Assembly (NCBI RefSeq): GCF_009914755.1
Contig: NC_060930.1
Origin: the human T2T-CHM13v2.0 reference genome, Homo sapiens
Length of the DNA stretch: 64,000 nt
Strand: one strand, 5' to 3'
The stretch's first letter is position 1. Each line of letters opens with the position of its first letter. Below are positions 1 through 13,005 of the stretch, piece by piece. A model generated the notes under the pieces. That model was not told the DNA's origin. It saw only the letters and a list, made by a program, of their open reading frames with translations, and made no database searches. Position numbers and translations under genes: made by a program.

Positions 1-751
1 CGACCTCTGTCATCTCTGTCCTCGTCTGCCCAGACACAGGCTCCACCTAACCTGAGCCCTCTGAGTGAGCCGTGGCGGTCGCCTGTGGAGTGAGGGCCCT
101 GTGCAGCCTGCCTGGGGTCATACCTTGCTTTCATCACTTACAGGTGGTGTGACTTGGGCAAGGTACCTAGCGTGGAACGTGGAGGTGGCCTGACATATCC
201 ACCCTCTCGTCATCTTAGGATCTGAACAGATTGTTAAGGCAGAGTGAGGCAGGCCAGGACAAAACCCAAGCTCTGTCATTGCTAGGGGTAGTAGGGAGCC
301 CCACATGGGGCTAAGATGGGGGCGCTCGGATCACACAGACTCAGCCGTGCATCCTGGCAATGCTGGGCAGGTTGGCTTCTCCGGGGTGAGGTGTGGGGCT
401 GCCCGGAGAGGACTGATGCTGAGGACGGAGGATGCCTGCACCCTGCACGTGGCTCCCCACAAGGAAGAAGACAGGAGTGCATTTGCCGTCCTTCCCCTGG
501 GGCTAGCCTGACACTGAGAGGTATCATGGAGTTACTGCTCCCCACTGCTCAGCCTCTTTGGGCCCGTTCTGTTCCTGTAAAGTAGGGAGAATGGCTCCTC
601 TCCCTCATGAAGCTCAGATGCAGATGAGATACATATGAAGCGCTTCCTCCGATGCCTGGCAGTCACTGTCCAGTGACTTTTTGCTTATCTTACTACCATT
701 TGAGCATTCGACATTCTACATTGAGTTACATTACTACCATTTGAGATTCTA

Positions 752-966
752 CAAAATCTGAAGCCTGAAATGCTCTAAAATTGAGAATCTTTTGAGCACC
801 CACATGATTCTCAAAGGAAATGCTCACTGGAGCATTCAGATTTGGGATTTTTGGATTTGGAAAGCTCAACCAGTAAGTATCATACAAATATCCCCAAATC
901 CCAAAACATCCAATCCCCAAAACACTTCTGGTCCCGAGCATTCTGGATAAGGGATGCTCAGCCTGT
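752..966 (-). mobile_element. Tigger4a (Zombi_A) TcMar-Tigger DNA transposon fossil
   Basis: Matches recalled consensus in reverse: aaaacacttctggtcccgagcattctggataagggatgctcagcctg terminus and gaaatgctcactggagcattcagattt internal segment. Confidence 0.8.
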
Positions 967-1469
967 GAAACTGAAGGCACAGTGCCGTGTGTGGCACTCA
1001 TCCCGGGTCTCGTTTTTGCATTAGGCTGCTGGCCACACGGCCACATTGGGAACCAGCGGGCCTTCTACTCCTGCTTTAAACGCTCAAAACCTCAGGAACT
1101 AATGACACAGGAGTGCTCTCAGCAGTTGGGCACGTTATGTGATATGAAGGTTGCAGGACTGACATTGAGAGAATGATGCTCAGGAACACACCCACATATC
1201 TAAACTCAGCTGCACAGGCCAGTAAGAACTTCACACTTGCTAGGAGATAAACCAAGGACAGCTTTAAAAGAGAAAAGGAAATAAGAAATTTGAGAACATC
1301 AGGTTTTCCCCCGGCATAAGTCCAAGGTTAGGATGTACTGATGGGGCAGTGAGCAGCCCCACTGGACCCCTACACGTACCTCCAGCCAGGCCCGAGACGC
1401 TTACTTACCCAGTGGCAATGCAACCGCAATCCTAACCCTTCCTTCCTATAGGAGTCCTGGGTTCGTTTA

Positions 1470-2260
1470 GCCCATAAATATTCATGGCACACCTGCTACG
1501 CGTCGCGTCAGGCCTTCGGCTGGGCTGCTGCTGGGGGCACAGAAGTGTCTGGCTCTACAGACGGGCCCTGCCTTGCCTGGCCTTGCCGCTCTGCAGGGGT
1601 GACAGGCAGTAATAAGGAACCCTGCAATTACTCGTCGTAGCTGGGATGAGGGGAAGCGGGGAGAAGTGCTGAAGTTGTAACAGTGAATAACTGGGGGCTG
1701 ACTTGGTCTCTGAGGAGCTGGGCAAGGCAAGAGTGGGGAGCTGAGAGGACAGGGAGTGTGCACCGGGAGGGACCTGTGGAGAGGGAGACGGTGGTGTGTC
1801 CTGGGAGCCAAACGAAGGCCAGGGTGTGAGGTGGTGGGAGGCAGAGATCAGAGCCTCTGCAGTGGCCTGGAGGACCTGGGGTCTACCCGAAAGGCACTGG
1901 GAGGCACTGGAGAGGCTTGAAGCCGGTGGTGATGTGATCAGATCATGTGTGACCTGGTGGCAGGGAGGATGGAACAAAGCTGGGAGCCCAGCCAGCCGGC
2001 CAGGGCGCGAGAGGGTGACAGACACGAGGCTCGGAGCAGGTGTTGGCTGTGGGATTAGATGGGGTGATGGGAGGAAGATTCCATGCAGAAAACTGAGCCT
2101 GGGCAGAGGAAGCTGGAAGTGGGAGATGTAGCAACTGAAAGACACGCTGCCTTCCCCCACACTCAGCAGCCCTGCCAATCGTGCTGCCATCAACACATCT
2201 GACAGCTGGGGGTGGAAGAGAGCAGAGTCCACTGTGAAGGGCTGCGGGGCAGAGCCACCA
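1470..2260 (-). mobile_element. Degenerate L2 LINE fragment
   Basis: Purine-rich degenerate L2-like 3' region in reverse; boundaries approximate. Confidence 0.5.
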
Positions 2261-2779
2261 CCTGAGGACCGCTCCCCAAGGAGGTGAAGCCTCTATCCTC
2301 TTTGTTAAGTCACATGTCACCAACTGCCTCTCACCCAGCCTCCTGCCTGGGACTCTGGAAAGGAAATAAGCACCAGCAAAACTCATAAGCAAAGAAATAA
2401 ATTTTTAAAAAGGATCTAATACCACTTTCCAAATATAGGAGGGAAATGAATCAGTGTAATTAGGATTTGAGAAAACAAGCTATTCCCAGACAATATTTTA
2501 ACGTGAAAGAAGCAGAGTGTGATGACTTAATTAGGGAAATGCCACAAACAAATTGTACTGTAAGCCTAAGAGCATTAACCTGCTAACGAGTGAGGTCTGG
2601 GGAAATCTGGGAAAGCCATCTGGACCGTCCAAAACGAGCAAGCATGGCCCCGCTGGAGAAACCTGGATTGAGTACTCACTACTCAGCGCAGGGAAGTTTG
2701 TATCTATCCAGAGCTCTCCCTCATGTTAGAGCAGCGTGGCAAAGCCACCCCTGCTGGACTTTGCACCCCTGCTGGACAA

Positions 2780-2925
2780 GTCCTCGCTCAACTTCTTAGC
2801 AGCTGTGTGACCTCTGGAAGCTGCTTAGCCTCTCTGTGCTCCCGTTTCCTCATCGGCAAACGGGGCTAATTATAGTGCCTCTCTCATAGGCTGTCATGGA
2901 GAAATAATACACGTGAAGCACTTGG
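2780..2925 (+). mobile_element. MIR SINE
   Basis: MIR core gctgtgtgacctctggaagctgcttagcctctctgtgctcccgtttcctcatc. Confidence 0.75.
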
Positions 2926-3389
2926 GGGCTAAATATTAAATATGAATTAATATTTGCAAATCACTTAGAAAAGGAGCTGAAATGTGAGTGCCATGTGAGT
3001 GTCATCGTGTTTCTCGTCACTGTCCCTGGATAAAAAGGGACCACAGATGCACCAGCACTCAGCACCCTTCATGTCAACCAGACCTGGCTCACGTCCTTCT
3101 TCTGTCCAGCGAAGCAAAAGCTTCAGGCGTCCCTGGGTAGGCCCCACCCCACCCAGCACGTGGTCCAGCCTGGGTGACCTGACTCTCACGTCCCTGCACA
3201 AGTTGAGGCAGAGGGTGACATCCTGGCTGAGCTACGGCAGCACCAAGGAGCTTCTAGTGACCTAGTGTCCCCGATCTTCTGAACTGGGAGTCTAACGAGA
3301 GGCCTGTCCAGGTACCAAGGGCTTCTCTGATTTGGGGTTCCCGTGCATCCCTTCCCATCGTAAATGGATACCTGCAGGGCACATTCTCC

Positions 3390-3655
3390 CACCTCACTCA
3401 GGCCCCTGCACCTGTGCCCCTGGAGCAAAGCTTCCGCAGCCACTCTGACTGTAGTCCCTCCCTGCCACCCTCTATCCCACAGCCCTGCTGTTTCATCCCT
3501 CCTGACGTATGCACGTGTAACTTCCCTGTCTGTGTGCCCCACCTGCCTGCAAGTTACGTGAGAGCAAGGCTTTGCCTGTGTCTTCTCTGCTCTAGAATAG
3601 CGCCTGAAACACAGCAGGCATCTAGTAAACACGTGTTGGTTTACTGAATGAATCA
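3390..3655 (+). mobile_element. L2 3' end
   Basis: ctagaatagcgcctgaaacacagcaggcatctagtaaac...tgaatgaat is the typical L2 terminus. Confidence 0.6.
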
Positions 3656-3802
3656 TGATCACAAGCATTTCTGGTCAGGGGGGAAAATGAGCATATTCTC
3701 TCTTGGACGATGGCCTGGAGGTTATTTTCCCAGGGAATTTTATAGCAACAATTTATCCCAGGTCTTCAGTGAGGGCAGTGAGTCAGAGCTTGGGCCGAGA
3801 CC

Positions 3803-3992
3803 ACCAGTGATCTTCAAACGGAAATCTGTATACCACTTGCATCAGAATCTCTTCTAGTGCTTATTAGAAATGCAAGTTCTCAGGGCTTATCCCAAATCTA
3901 ACAGGTCAGGATCTCCAGGTGCCAGGGAGAGGCCCAGGAATCTGGATTTTAACAACCTCCTGGTGATACGTGGATCCCCAGGTTGAGAACCC
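3803..3992. mobile_element. MER5-family hAT-Charlie MITE
   Basis: Begins cagtgatcttcaaac, contains gcatcagaatc...ttagaaatgcaa...ggcccaggaatctggattttaacaa, ends ttgagaaccc. Confidence 0.6.
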
Positions 3993-4518
3993 CCACCTAG
4001 CTGTGGTAACGCTCCTGACACGCAGGAATTCTATGGATCTGAACAACTATCCAAAAACACTTCACCTTTCCTGTCTTCAGCTGCCCAACAAATAGGTCAT
4101 GGCCAGGTAAAGACAATGGTGGCTCTCTGAAGGTCATGCTCAGGAAAGCTGAGGTCACAGGGGCCATCTACACCCTGAGCCAGCGCTCTGGCAGTGTTTA
4201 GACCTGGCAGGCAGGTAGGCTATGGGCCAGACAGCCAGATATTCCCTTGAGCAGTGTATATTGGGCTCATGGCTCGCTTCTGCATTTAGACAGGAGATGA
4301 GCAGATCCAGAGTGTGCTGGACTTGATCATGAAAGAAACCAACACCTAGAAAATGGAGAGAATGTCAAGGTTGCCACATTGCCCTTGTGCAGGCCAAAAG
4401 GTCACAGGAGAATTGCACAGCTGGTTAAAACAGCTGTTTGTGCAACAAAACCAGCCCAGGTGTCAGGGACCTGCCCCGTGGAGCCTCTCTGAGCCCTGCC
4501 AGCCCGCGGTGTGCTCAC

Positions 4519-4646
4519 CTGGTATCACACCCTTGATGTCGCCCTCAGGGTTCATGCGATTCTTCTGTGTGAAGTGGAGGATCAGCCTCTTTGCAGACTC
4601 AAACTGCTGGGTGGCCATTAGCCACCGGAGGGACTCGGGGAATATC
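4519..4646 (-). CDS. SLC22A23: SLC22A23 internal coding exon (128 nt; exon 5 by recalled numbering), encoding (S)IFPESLRWLMATQQFESAKRLILHFTQKNRMNPEGDIKGVIP(E)
   Basis: Acceptor ttgtgtctttaaAG|G and donor CAG|GTGAGC. The frame is open and contains the SLC22 PESxRWL motif. The TC|G junction with the upstream exon restores a Ser codon. Not in the ORF track. Confidence 0.95.
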
Positions 4647-4869
4647 CTTTAAAGACACAAAGGGGATCAGTGAATGTCTTCCGATTCTGCACGGCACCGG
4701 GAAGTGTGGCTTAGGTGTGGCCCGGGAGCTTCCCAGGCAGGTGGCGGTCAGTCTCCAGACATGCATCAGCCCAATCAGGGGAGATAAAACTGTGGGCACT
4801 GAAACGTTCCCAGTTTTCTTTTCCAAAGAGTAAAAATCAAGACCTTAAAAATGCTTAACAAAAGTTAAC

Positions 4870-5570
<701 letters not shown>

Positions 5571-6067
5571 TAATTTAACAAATGTAACAGAGTAGCGGAT
5601 ATGAACAACATTCTACCAGCTGTGTCAAGAAATCAGTGTATACCTTTCAAAGTAACCATAGATTTCTAAAGCATGGAGAAACAATTCACGGAAGCCTGCT
5701 GATTTTGTTGTATTTTGTCACAATAAATAGTAATAGAATGATTTTACGTTTAAAAAATTACTTCCAAATATGACCAACCTGCAGTTATTTTCAGTTTCGG
5801 AACCTGAAGGCTCACTGTCCCGGGGTTTCCTTCAGAGCTATTTCCACGTTACTGCTAACCGCCTGTCACTGTCCCTCAGACGATGCCACAACGCAGTGGT
5901 TTTCGAGTTTTACCAAAGCGACAGAATCTTTTTCTTTTTTTAAAAGATGGAATCTTGTGAGGAGCCCCAATACAAAAAAACTAGTGTTTTATTATCAATT
6001 AATTTTATAAATTTACATTTATGACAATATTTACAAGCTGCTCAAAGAGAACACCGTGACTGCGCAG

Positions 6068-6230
6068 AGCAGGAGTTGGCACGCTATCTCTGCAAAAGTC
6101 CAAGTCATCAATATTTTAGACTTTGAGGGTGAAATGGTCTCTCCTCATCTTGGCCTTGTGGCCTGAGTGTGGATGTATGGGAGTGGGTGTGGCTATGGGC
6201 TAATAATACTTTATTGCAAAACAGGCAGCT
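6068..6230 (-). mobile_element. Degenerate MER58-like DNA transposon
   Basis: caggagttggca...caatattttagacttt...aataatactttattgcaaaacaggc. Confidence 0.5.
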
Positions 6231-6376
6231 GACCCTTGACTGTTTGGGAGAGACAAAAAGTAGAAATCAAAGCTCAAGATGACAGTCCTAGCTTCTTGTA
6301 GCCCTCAGTGTTCTAGTTATCACTCCACTTTATTTTAGTTAAATTGTATCAGGAAAGTCACGACTGATGCTGGTAA

Positions 6377-6728
<352 letters not shown>

Positions 6729-6774
6729 TCAGGAGAGTTTTAAAATGAATCTAGCAGCTAGAAAAAGTATTAAT

Positions 6775-7087
6775 GGTGTTTCCCTCACCCTGGCCCAAAT
6801 TCATATGTTGGAAACTAAACCCCAATGTGATAGTATTAAGAGATAGGGCCTTTAGGGGTGATTAAGTCATGAGAACGGGAGGCTGAAGAGAGGTGCCTTG
6901 CCCCTTCCCTCATGTGAGGACACAGAAGGCTCCATCTATGAGCAACACACGCTTGCCAGACACAGAATCTGCTGGTGCCTTAATCCTGGACATCTCAGCC
7001 TCCAGAACTGTGAGCAATAAATTTCTGTTGTTTATAAATCATCCAGGGTAAGGTATTTTGTTGTAGCAGCAGGAACAGACTGTGAGA
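6775..7087 (+). mobile_element. ERVL-MaLR solo LTR (MST/MLT1A-like)
   Basis: aaattcatatgttgg...catgtgaggacaca...cagcctccagaactgtgagcaataaatttctgttgtttataa. Confidence 0.8.
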
Positions 7088-8370
7088 AGCAGAAAATTTT
7101 TATTTCAAAGTCACATCACTATCGATATCTAATAATTACTGCCTCCTTCGTACCTATTTGAAAAAAGTCCAAATTTCTATTTGCTTGTGACTGTGTTTTA
7201 CATGATGAAGTTGTTCCCACTGAATTCGGTGGTACCTTTGGGATGGTCTGATCTGAATGATAACTCACTCTGGAAGACTTGGGAGCTTCTTGAAGAGCTA
7301 AAAGCTGTCCTGCTGAGCAGGTGTGTGGAATGCAGGAGGGCCGTGTGGAATGGACAGAAGGTCTCTGGTCATCTCACATGGAAGTCCCAAATACATTTGC
7401 AGGCACTGATTTTTTTTTAAATATTCAAAGTTAATGTTTGTTTTCCTGGCCTCTAGCTATACAAAATTAATTTTGAATAACATAATCCAAGGAAATAGAA
7501 ACAGATACATGACATTAATATTATATATATTCACATTTTGCTGTATTTTAAAAATCAGATCTTTTCTTTATAATAAAACAACCTAACACAAATGCCACCC
7601 CCCATAGTTTAAGTTCTGATCTATAGTATTTCCATCTTTCTGATGCGTTTGGGTTTAGTATCTTTTTCTAATTTCTCAGGATAGACATAGAGGTCATTAT
7701 TATTAATTTTCTCATAAGTGTACTTAAGACTTCAAAATTCATCTAGATATTATCATTTGAGATACATTTGTGATTTGATTCTAAATATTTTGTGATTTCT
7801 ATGAGAATTTTTGCTTATCTAAGAAACAATATATGAATATATATAAATACGGTAATATGACAGCGCAAGCGATTTCGCAGGTAGTCTCTACAGTTTTGAA
7901 ATACGGCATACAACGTGGAAATTTGTGTCCTTTCAAAATAATTAAAATTTATTTATATCAAACGCTTACGGAACTCCATGGCAGGAAATGGATTTTGAAA
8001 ATCAAGACCATAAATGAAGAACAAGGCCCAGATGACCCAGCAGAGGAGGAGCTGCAGCCCCACCTTCCAACCCCTAGGGCCACGTACCCCAAGGGCCACT
8101 GCCCAGGGCTGAGGGCGCAGGTGGTGTGAACGAGCAGGGCAGAGCTTCCACAAGAGGACATAACTTTTTCATTGCCCCAGCAATCTCAAGTCCTGTTCCT
8201 TGATTTATCCTCAAGTGTTACCCACAGGGTGGGGAGAACCGCGGAGATGTGCTCACTATACACAGTTTTGAAGCCAGGATAGGAGGTGACAGCCCAGGGA
8301 AAATCCAAAATGCGGCATATTTGAGTATGGACATTTGAGTGGTGCCATTTTGCCTTCAAGATAAAGCCCT

Positions 8371-10410
8371 TGTAAAACGAGTTGGAAGAATTCCTTCTGT
8401 TTCGTTTTTTTGGGGAATAGTTTGAAAAAAGTTGGTATTACATTTTTAAAGTTTCAGTAGAATTCAGCAGTGAAGCCCTCTGGTCCTGGACTTTTCTTTT
8501 TTGGAAGACTTTTTATGACTGATTCAATCTCATTACTTGTTATTGGTCTGTTCAGCCTTTCTATTTCCTCTTGGCTCAATCATGGTAGGTTGTATGTGTC
8601 AGGAATTTATCCATTTCCTTTAGGTTTTTGAATTTATTGGCATATAGGTATTCATAGTAGTCTCTGATGATTCTTTGTATTTCTGTGGCATCTGTTGTGA
8701 TGTCTTTTTTTGTTTCTGATTTTATTTATTTGGGTCTTCTCTGTCTTTTTCTTAGTCTACCTAATGGTTTATGAATTTTTAAAATCTTTTCAAAAAACCA
8801 ACTTTTTGTTTCATTGATCTTCTCTATGGTTTTGTTAGTCTCAATTTCATGTATGATTGCTTTGATCTTTATTATTTCTTTCCTTCTACTACTTTTAAGT
8901 TTGGCTTGTTCTTGCTTTTCTAGTATCTTGAAATACATCATTGGGTTGTTTATATGAAATCGCTCTAGTTTTTTGATGTAGGCATTTGTTGCTATAAACT
9001 TGCCTGTTAATACTGCTTTTGCTGTGTCCCATAGGTTTTAATATATTGTGTTTCTATTTTCATTTGTATGAAGAAATTTTTTAGTTTCCTTCTTAATTTC
9101 TTCCTTCACCCATTGGTTGTTCATGAGTATGTTGTTCAATTTCCATGTATTTGTACGTTTTGAATGTTCCTCTTGTTATCTGATTTCTAGTTTTAGTCCA
9201 TTATGGTCAGATAGGATACTTGGTATGATTTTGATTTTTAAAAATTTTTTGAGACTTGTTTTGTGTTCTACCATACAGCTGATCCTGGAGAAACTAAAAC
9301 CTTCTGCACAGCAAAGGAAACAATCAACAGACTGAAAAGACAACCTACAGAATGAGAGAAAGTCTTTGCAAACTATTCATCTGACAGGGGATTAACATCT
9401 AGAATATATGAGGAACTCAAACACCTCAACAGCAAAAAAAGAAACAACCTGATTTTTAAAATGGACAATAATCTGAATAGACATTTCTTAAAAGACACAA
9501 ATGGCCAACAAACATATATTAAAAAAAGCTCAACATCACTAATCATCAGAAAACACAAATCAAAACCACAATGAGGTATCAACTCACCTCAGTTAGGATG
9601 GCTATTATCAAAAAGACACACACACAAAAATGCTGGCAAGGATGTGGAGAAAGGGAACTCTTATATGATGTTGGTGGGAATGTAAACTAGTACATCAACT
9701 ATGGAGAACAGTACAGAGGTTCCTCAAAAAACTACAAACAGAATTACCTCATGACCCAGCAATCCCACTACTGGTGTTTATCCAAAGGAAAGGAAAACAG
9801 TCAAAGAGACATCTGCATCCTGAGTTTATTGCAGCATTATTTGCAAAAGCTAAGATATGGGATCAACCTAGGTGTCTAACACAGATGACTGGAAAAAGAA
9901 AATGTGGTATATATACACAATGGAATACTATTCAGCTGTAAAAAAGAATGAAATCCTGTCATTTGTGGCATCATGGATGGAACTGAAAGACATTATGTTA
10001 CGAGAAATAAGCCAGGTACAGAAAATTAAGCACTGCATGTTCTCACTCATGTGGAAGCTCAAAAAAAGATGATCCCATAGAAGTGAAAAGTAGAACAGAG
10101 GATATTAGAGGCTAGGAAGGGTAGGGGGAAGGGAGAAATAGGGAGAGATTGATTAAAGGATACAAAATTACAAGAGATAGGAGGAATATGTTCTAGTGTT
10201 CTGGAGCACTGTAGGATGACTGTAGTTAATAATATATCATATAGTTTCAAATATCGAATGTTCCCAACACAAAGAAATGATAAACGTTTGAAAGAATGGA
10301 TATGCTGCATGCTATTATGTGACCACTATACATTTAATGTAGCACAACATCACTATGTACCCCATAAATATGTACAATTCTGATGTGTTAATTTAACAAA
10401 TGCTGTTACA
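8371..10410 (+). mobile_element. 5'-inverted L1MA insertion: antisense ORF2 piece (~8371-9290) joined to a sense ORF2 C-terminus and 3' UTR (~9291-10410), TSD aagataaagccct
   Basis: ORF 8726-8941(-) gives L1 ORF2 peptide SRRKEIIKI...INETKSWFFEKI. The sense part starts aaactaaaaccttctgcacagcaaagg and includes the MWYIYTMEYYSA peptide. Identical 13-mers at 8358-8370 and 10411-10423. Confidence 0.9.
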
Positions 10411-11584
10411 AAGATAAAGCCCTGCATTATGCATACCAGGCAGACATTGGTGCTACTGGAATTCCATCAGTCCAGGCATTGGATCCCAGAGAGGATTCAA
10501 TTCTGCTGTTCCCCTTTCTTATCTGGGCCCACGGAGCCCTTGCCCTTCAGGAGAAAAGTCTCTCCTTGTCCCAGACTTCAAAGCCACAGGCACAGACCAG
10601 AGCCTGAGGCAGGAGGGTGTGTGTGCAGCCCAGTGGTGCAAGGGCAGACAGGGCTCTGAGACTCTGCCTGCTCCTCAGTGATCACTCCCTCATCTTTGTC
10701 ATCCTCCAATTGGGTCTAAAGGCAACACACTTTGGATACCTAAAAACTGACAACAACCAATAAATGTCTTTATGAGAAGTGATGATGAGCAAGTCCCCTT
10801 CTAGAGAGTCTCTGAGAATTGCAAAGCTCATAGAAAAGATTTCAAGGATATTACTGTTTACAAAGGCGTGGTGTGACCTTAGGATTTAAGAAGTGGGTAT
10901 GGGCCTCTTTGGGAGCCCAAGCTTTCGATGGGTCTCCAAATTGTTTTTTTCTAATACATACTGAGCATTGTCACTACAAATCCATCTGAAATGGATTTGT
11001 CACTACTCACTCAAATCCACTGAGCGAGTTGGATAGAAGCCCGCATGGCGTGGGTTGTAGTGGGGGCAGTCCCAGGCAGGTGGTCCAGGGGCTGGTCAGG
11101 GGAGGCTCTGGAGAGGCCGGGCTCTGCTTGGACCGTCTTGGAAGATGAGCAGCTGCAGGGCAGGCCCTGCATCCCCTCGTACTGCTGGAGGTGTGTGGGG
11201 CAGGACCCAGAGGTAAGGCATGGGGTTGTGGGACGGTGCATTTGTTGTGTTCAGAGAGCTGCAAGCTGATAAACCCGAATGCTGGGAATGAGGTGAGAAG
11301 ACGCAGGGAGAGGAGAGGGATGCAGGGCCCAGGGAGTGGAAGATCCTGAGTGTTATGGGCTCTGATGAGCAGCAGCCACGGGACTGGAGTGAACTGAAGT
11401 AAAGACAGCACTCCCCAGGAGATCTGGGCGCGAGACAAGGGACAGGCTCCCCTTAGCTACATGACCATCTCCACTGGGGGGTAGCACTGCTCACCACCTT
11501 CCCCATGACGGGATTTACAACCAACAGACACTGTCCCACCAGTGTCCCCCGTGTCTGATGCTTGCAAGTCCATGATATAGTGGC

Positions 11585-11725
11585 GCTATAATTACCCCCA
11601 TCTTACAGATAGCAAAATTCAGGCCAAGAGAGTTCAAGTATATTGCCCAGGATTACACAGCTATTTAATGGCAGAGCTGGGATCTGAACCCAGGCAGTCT
11701 GATGAGATAGCCCACACCCTTAACC
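11585..11725 (-). mobile_element. MIR
   Basis: ccccatcttacagat...ttgcccaggattacacagcta...ggcagagctgggatctgaacccaggcagtctga. Confidence 0.75.
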
Positions 11726-12350
11726 TCTGTGGACACAGCACAGCAGCAAACCCATATTGCCTGGACGGCACTCCGGTGACTGAAGTTGGGAAGCAGTGTT
11801 CCAGAGATGCTTCCTCAGGCATTGCGGAATGCCACAAGCCCAAAGGGTATGTGTAGGGAATACTTAAGTTTTATGACGCGCTCCGTGAATTTAAATTTGC
11901 TGCAAAATCATGAAGAATTCGTTGGCCTGTCAGCCTCTGAACAAGCCCAGAGATGGTTGTTTTAGTTTGGATAATGTGCAGCGTGGCCATATTATGGGAA
12001 CTTAATGAAATCTCTGCTGACAAGTACATAACGTAATAACGCCACACAAATTAAAAAGCCAGCCAAGGGCCCAGGACTTGGGAGGAATAGAGCTGAGCCT
12101 CAGAGAAATTGATGACTTTCAACAAAAAATCAGGAAGCACGGTGGGTAGCTGGAGCTTCATCTGTCTGGTGCATCCTCACATGTAGACGGCCAAAAAGCG
12201 ACCTTGAGGATGACTTCTGCAACCGTAAAACACAACTAGGCATTAAAACCACAGCAGCTTCCCTGGGAGAAAGCCTTGAAGTTGGCTCTCAGAGTGGCTG
12301 TGGCCAGGATGGCAGTGCAAGAGGAGAGGTGCAAACTGGAGGAGTCCCAT

Positions 12351-12770
12351 TATCTTAGTCTGTCTGTGTTGCTATAAAGGAACACTGGAGGCTCTGGAGG
12401 CTGGGTCATTTATGAAGAAAAGAGGTTTATTTGGCTCACAGTTCTGCAGGCTATACAGGAAGCATGGCACCAACATCTGCTCTCCTTCTGGTGAGGCCTC
12501 AGGAAGCTTTTACTCATGGTGGAGGGCAAGGGGAGCTGGCATGTCACGGGGTGAGAAAAGGGGCAATAGAAGGGGGAGGTGACAGGCTCTTTCAAACAAC
12601 CAGCCCTTGAATGGCCTAATAGAGAGAGCTCACTCATTACCGTGGGGAGCGTACCAAGCCCAAGGGGTCCACCCCCGTGACCCAAACACCTCCCACCAGG
12701 CCCTACCTCCAACACCGGGGGTCACATTTCAACATGTGATTTGGAAGGGACTCATGTGCAAACTATATCA
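12351..12770 (-). mobile_element. MSTB-type MaLR solo LTR, same orientation as SLC22A23
   Basis: Reverse MSTB: tcttagtctgtctgtgttgctataaagg...gaggtttatttggctcacagttctgcaggc...caaactatatca. Near-TSD cccat/cccag. Confidence 0.88.
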
Positions 12771-12859
12771 CCCAGGTAAGGGAAAAATAATTTGGTTCAT
12801 GCAGCAAAGGGCTTGCTTGAAACCACAGATGTGGAACAGGAAGTTTCTAAAGCTGTAAG

Positions 12860-13005
12860 TATTTAATTCTTTACTATGTGGTGGTACTATCATTATCCCC
12901 ATTTTACAGATGGGAAAACTCAGGCTAAGAACGTTCAAATACATTGCCCAGGATTACACAGCTATTCAATGGCAGAGCTGGGATTTAAACCCAGACAGGC
13001 TGACT
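12860..13005 (-). mobile_element. MIR
   Basis: attatccccattttacagatgggaaaactcaggct...ggcagagctgggatttaaacccagac. Confidence 0.78.

Noticed and set aside
7833-8129. 98-aa ATG-initiated ORF in an AT-rich patch with several CpGs
   Set aside because: No recognisable homology, splice context or promoter; the length is within chance expectation.
8726-10072. ORFs with L1 ORF2 peptides
   Set aside because: Short, frameshifted remnants of a dead, rearranged L1; not functional genes.
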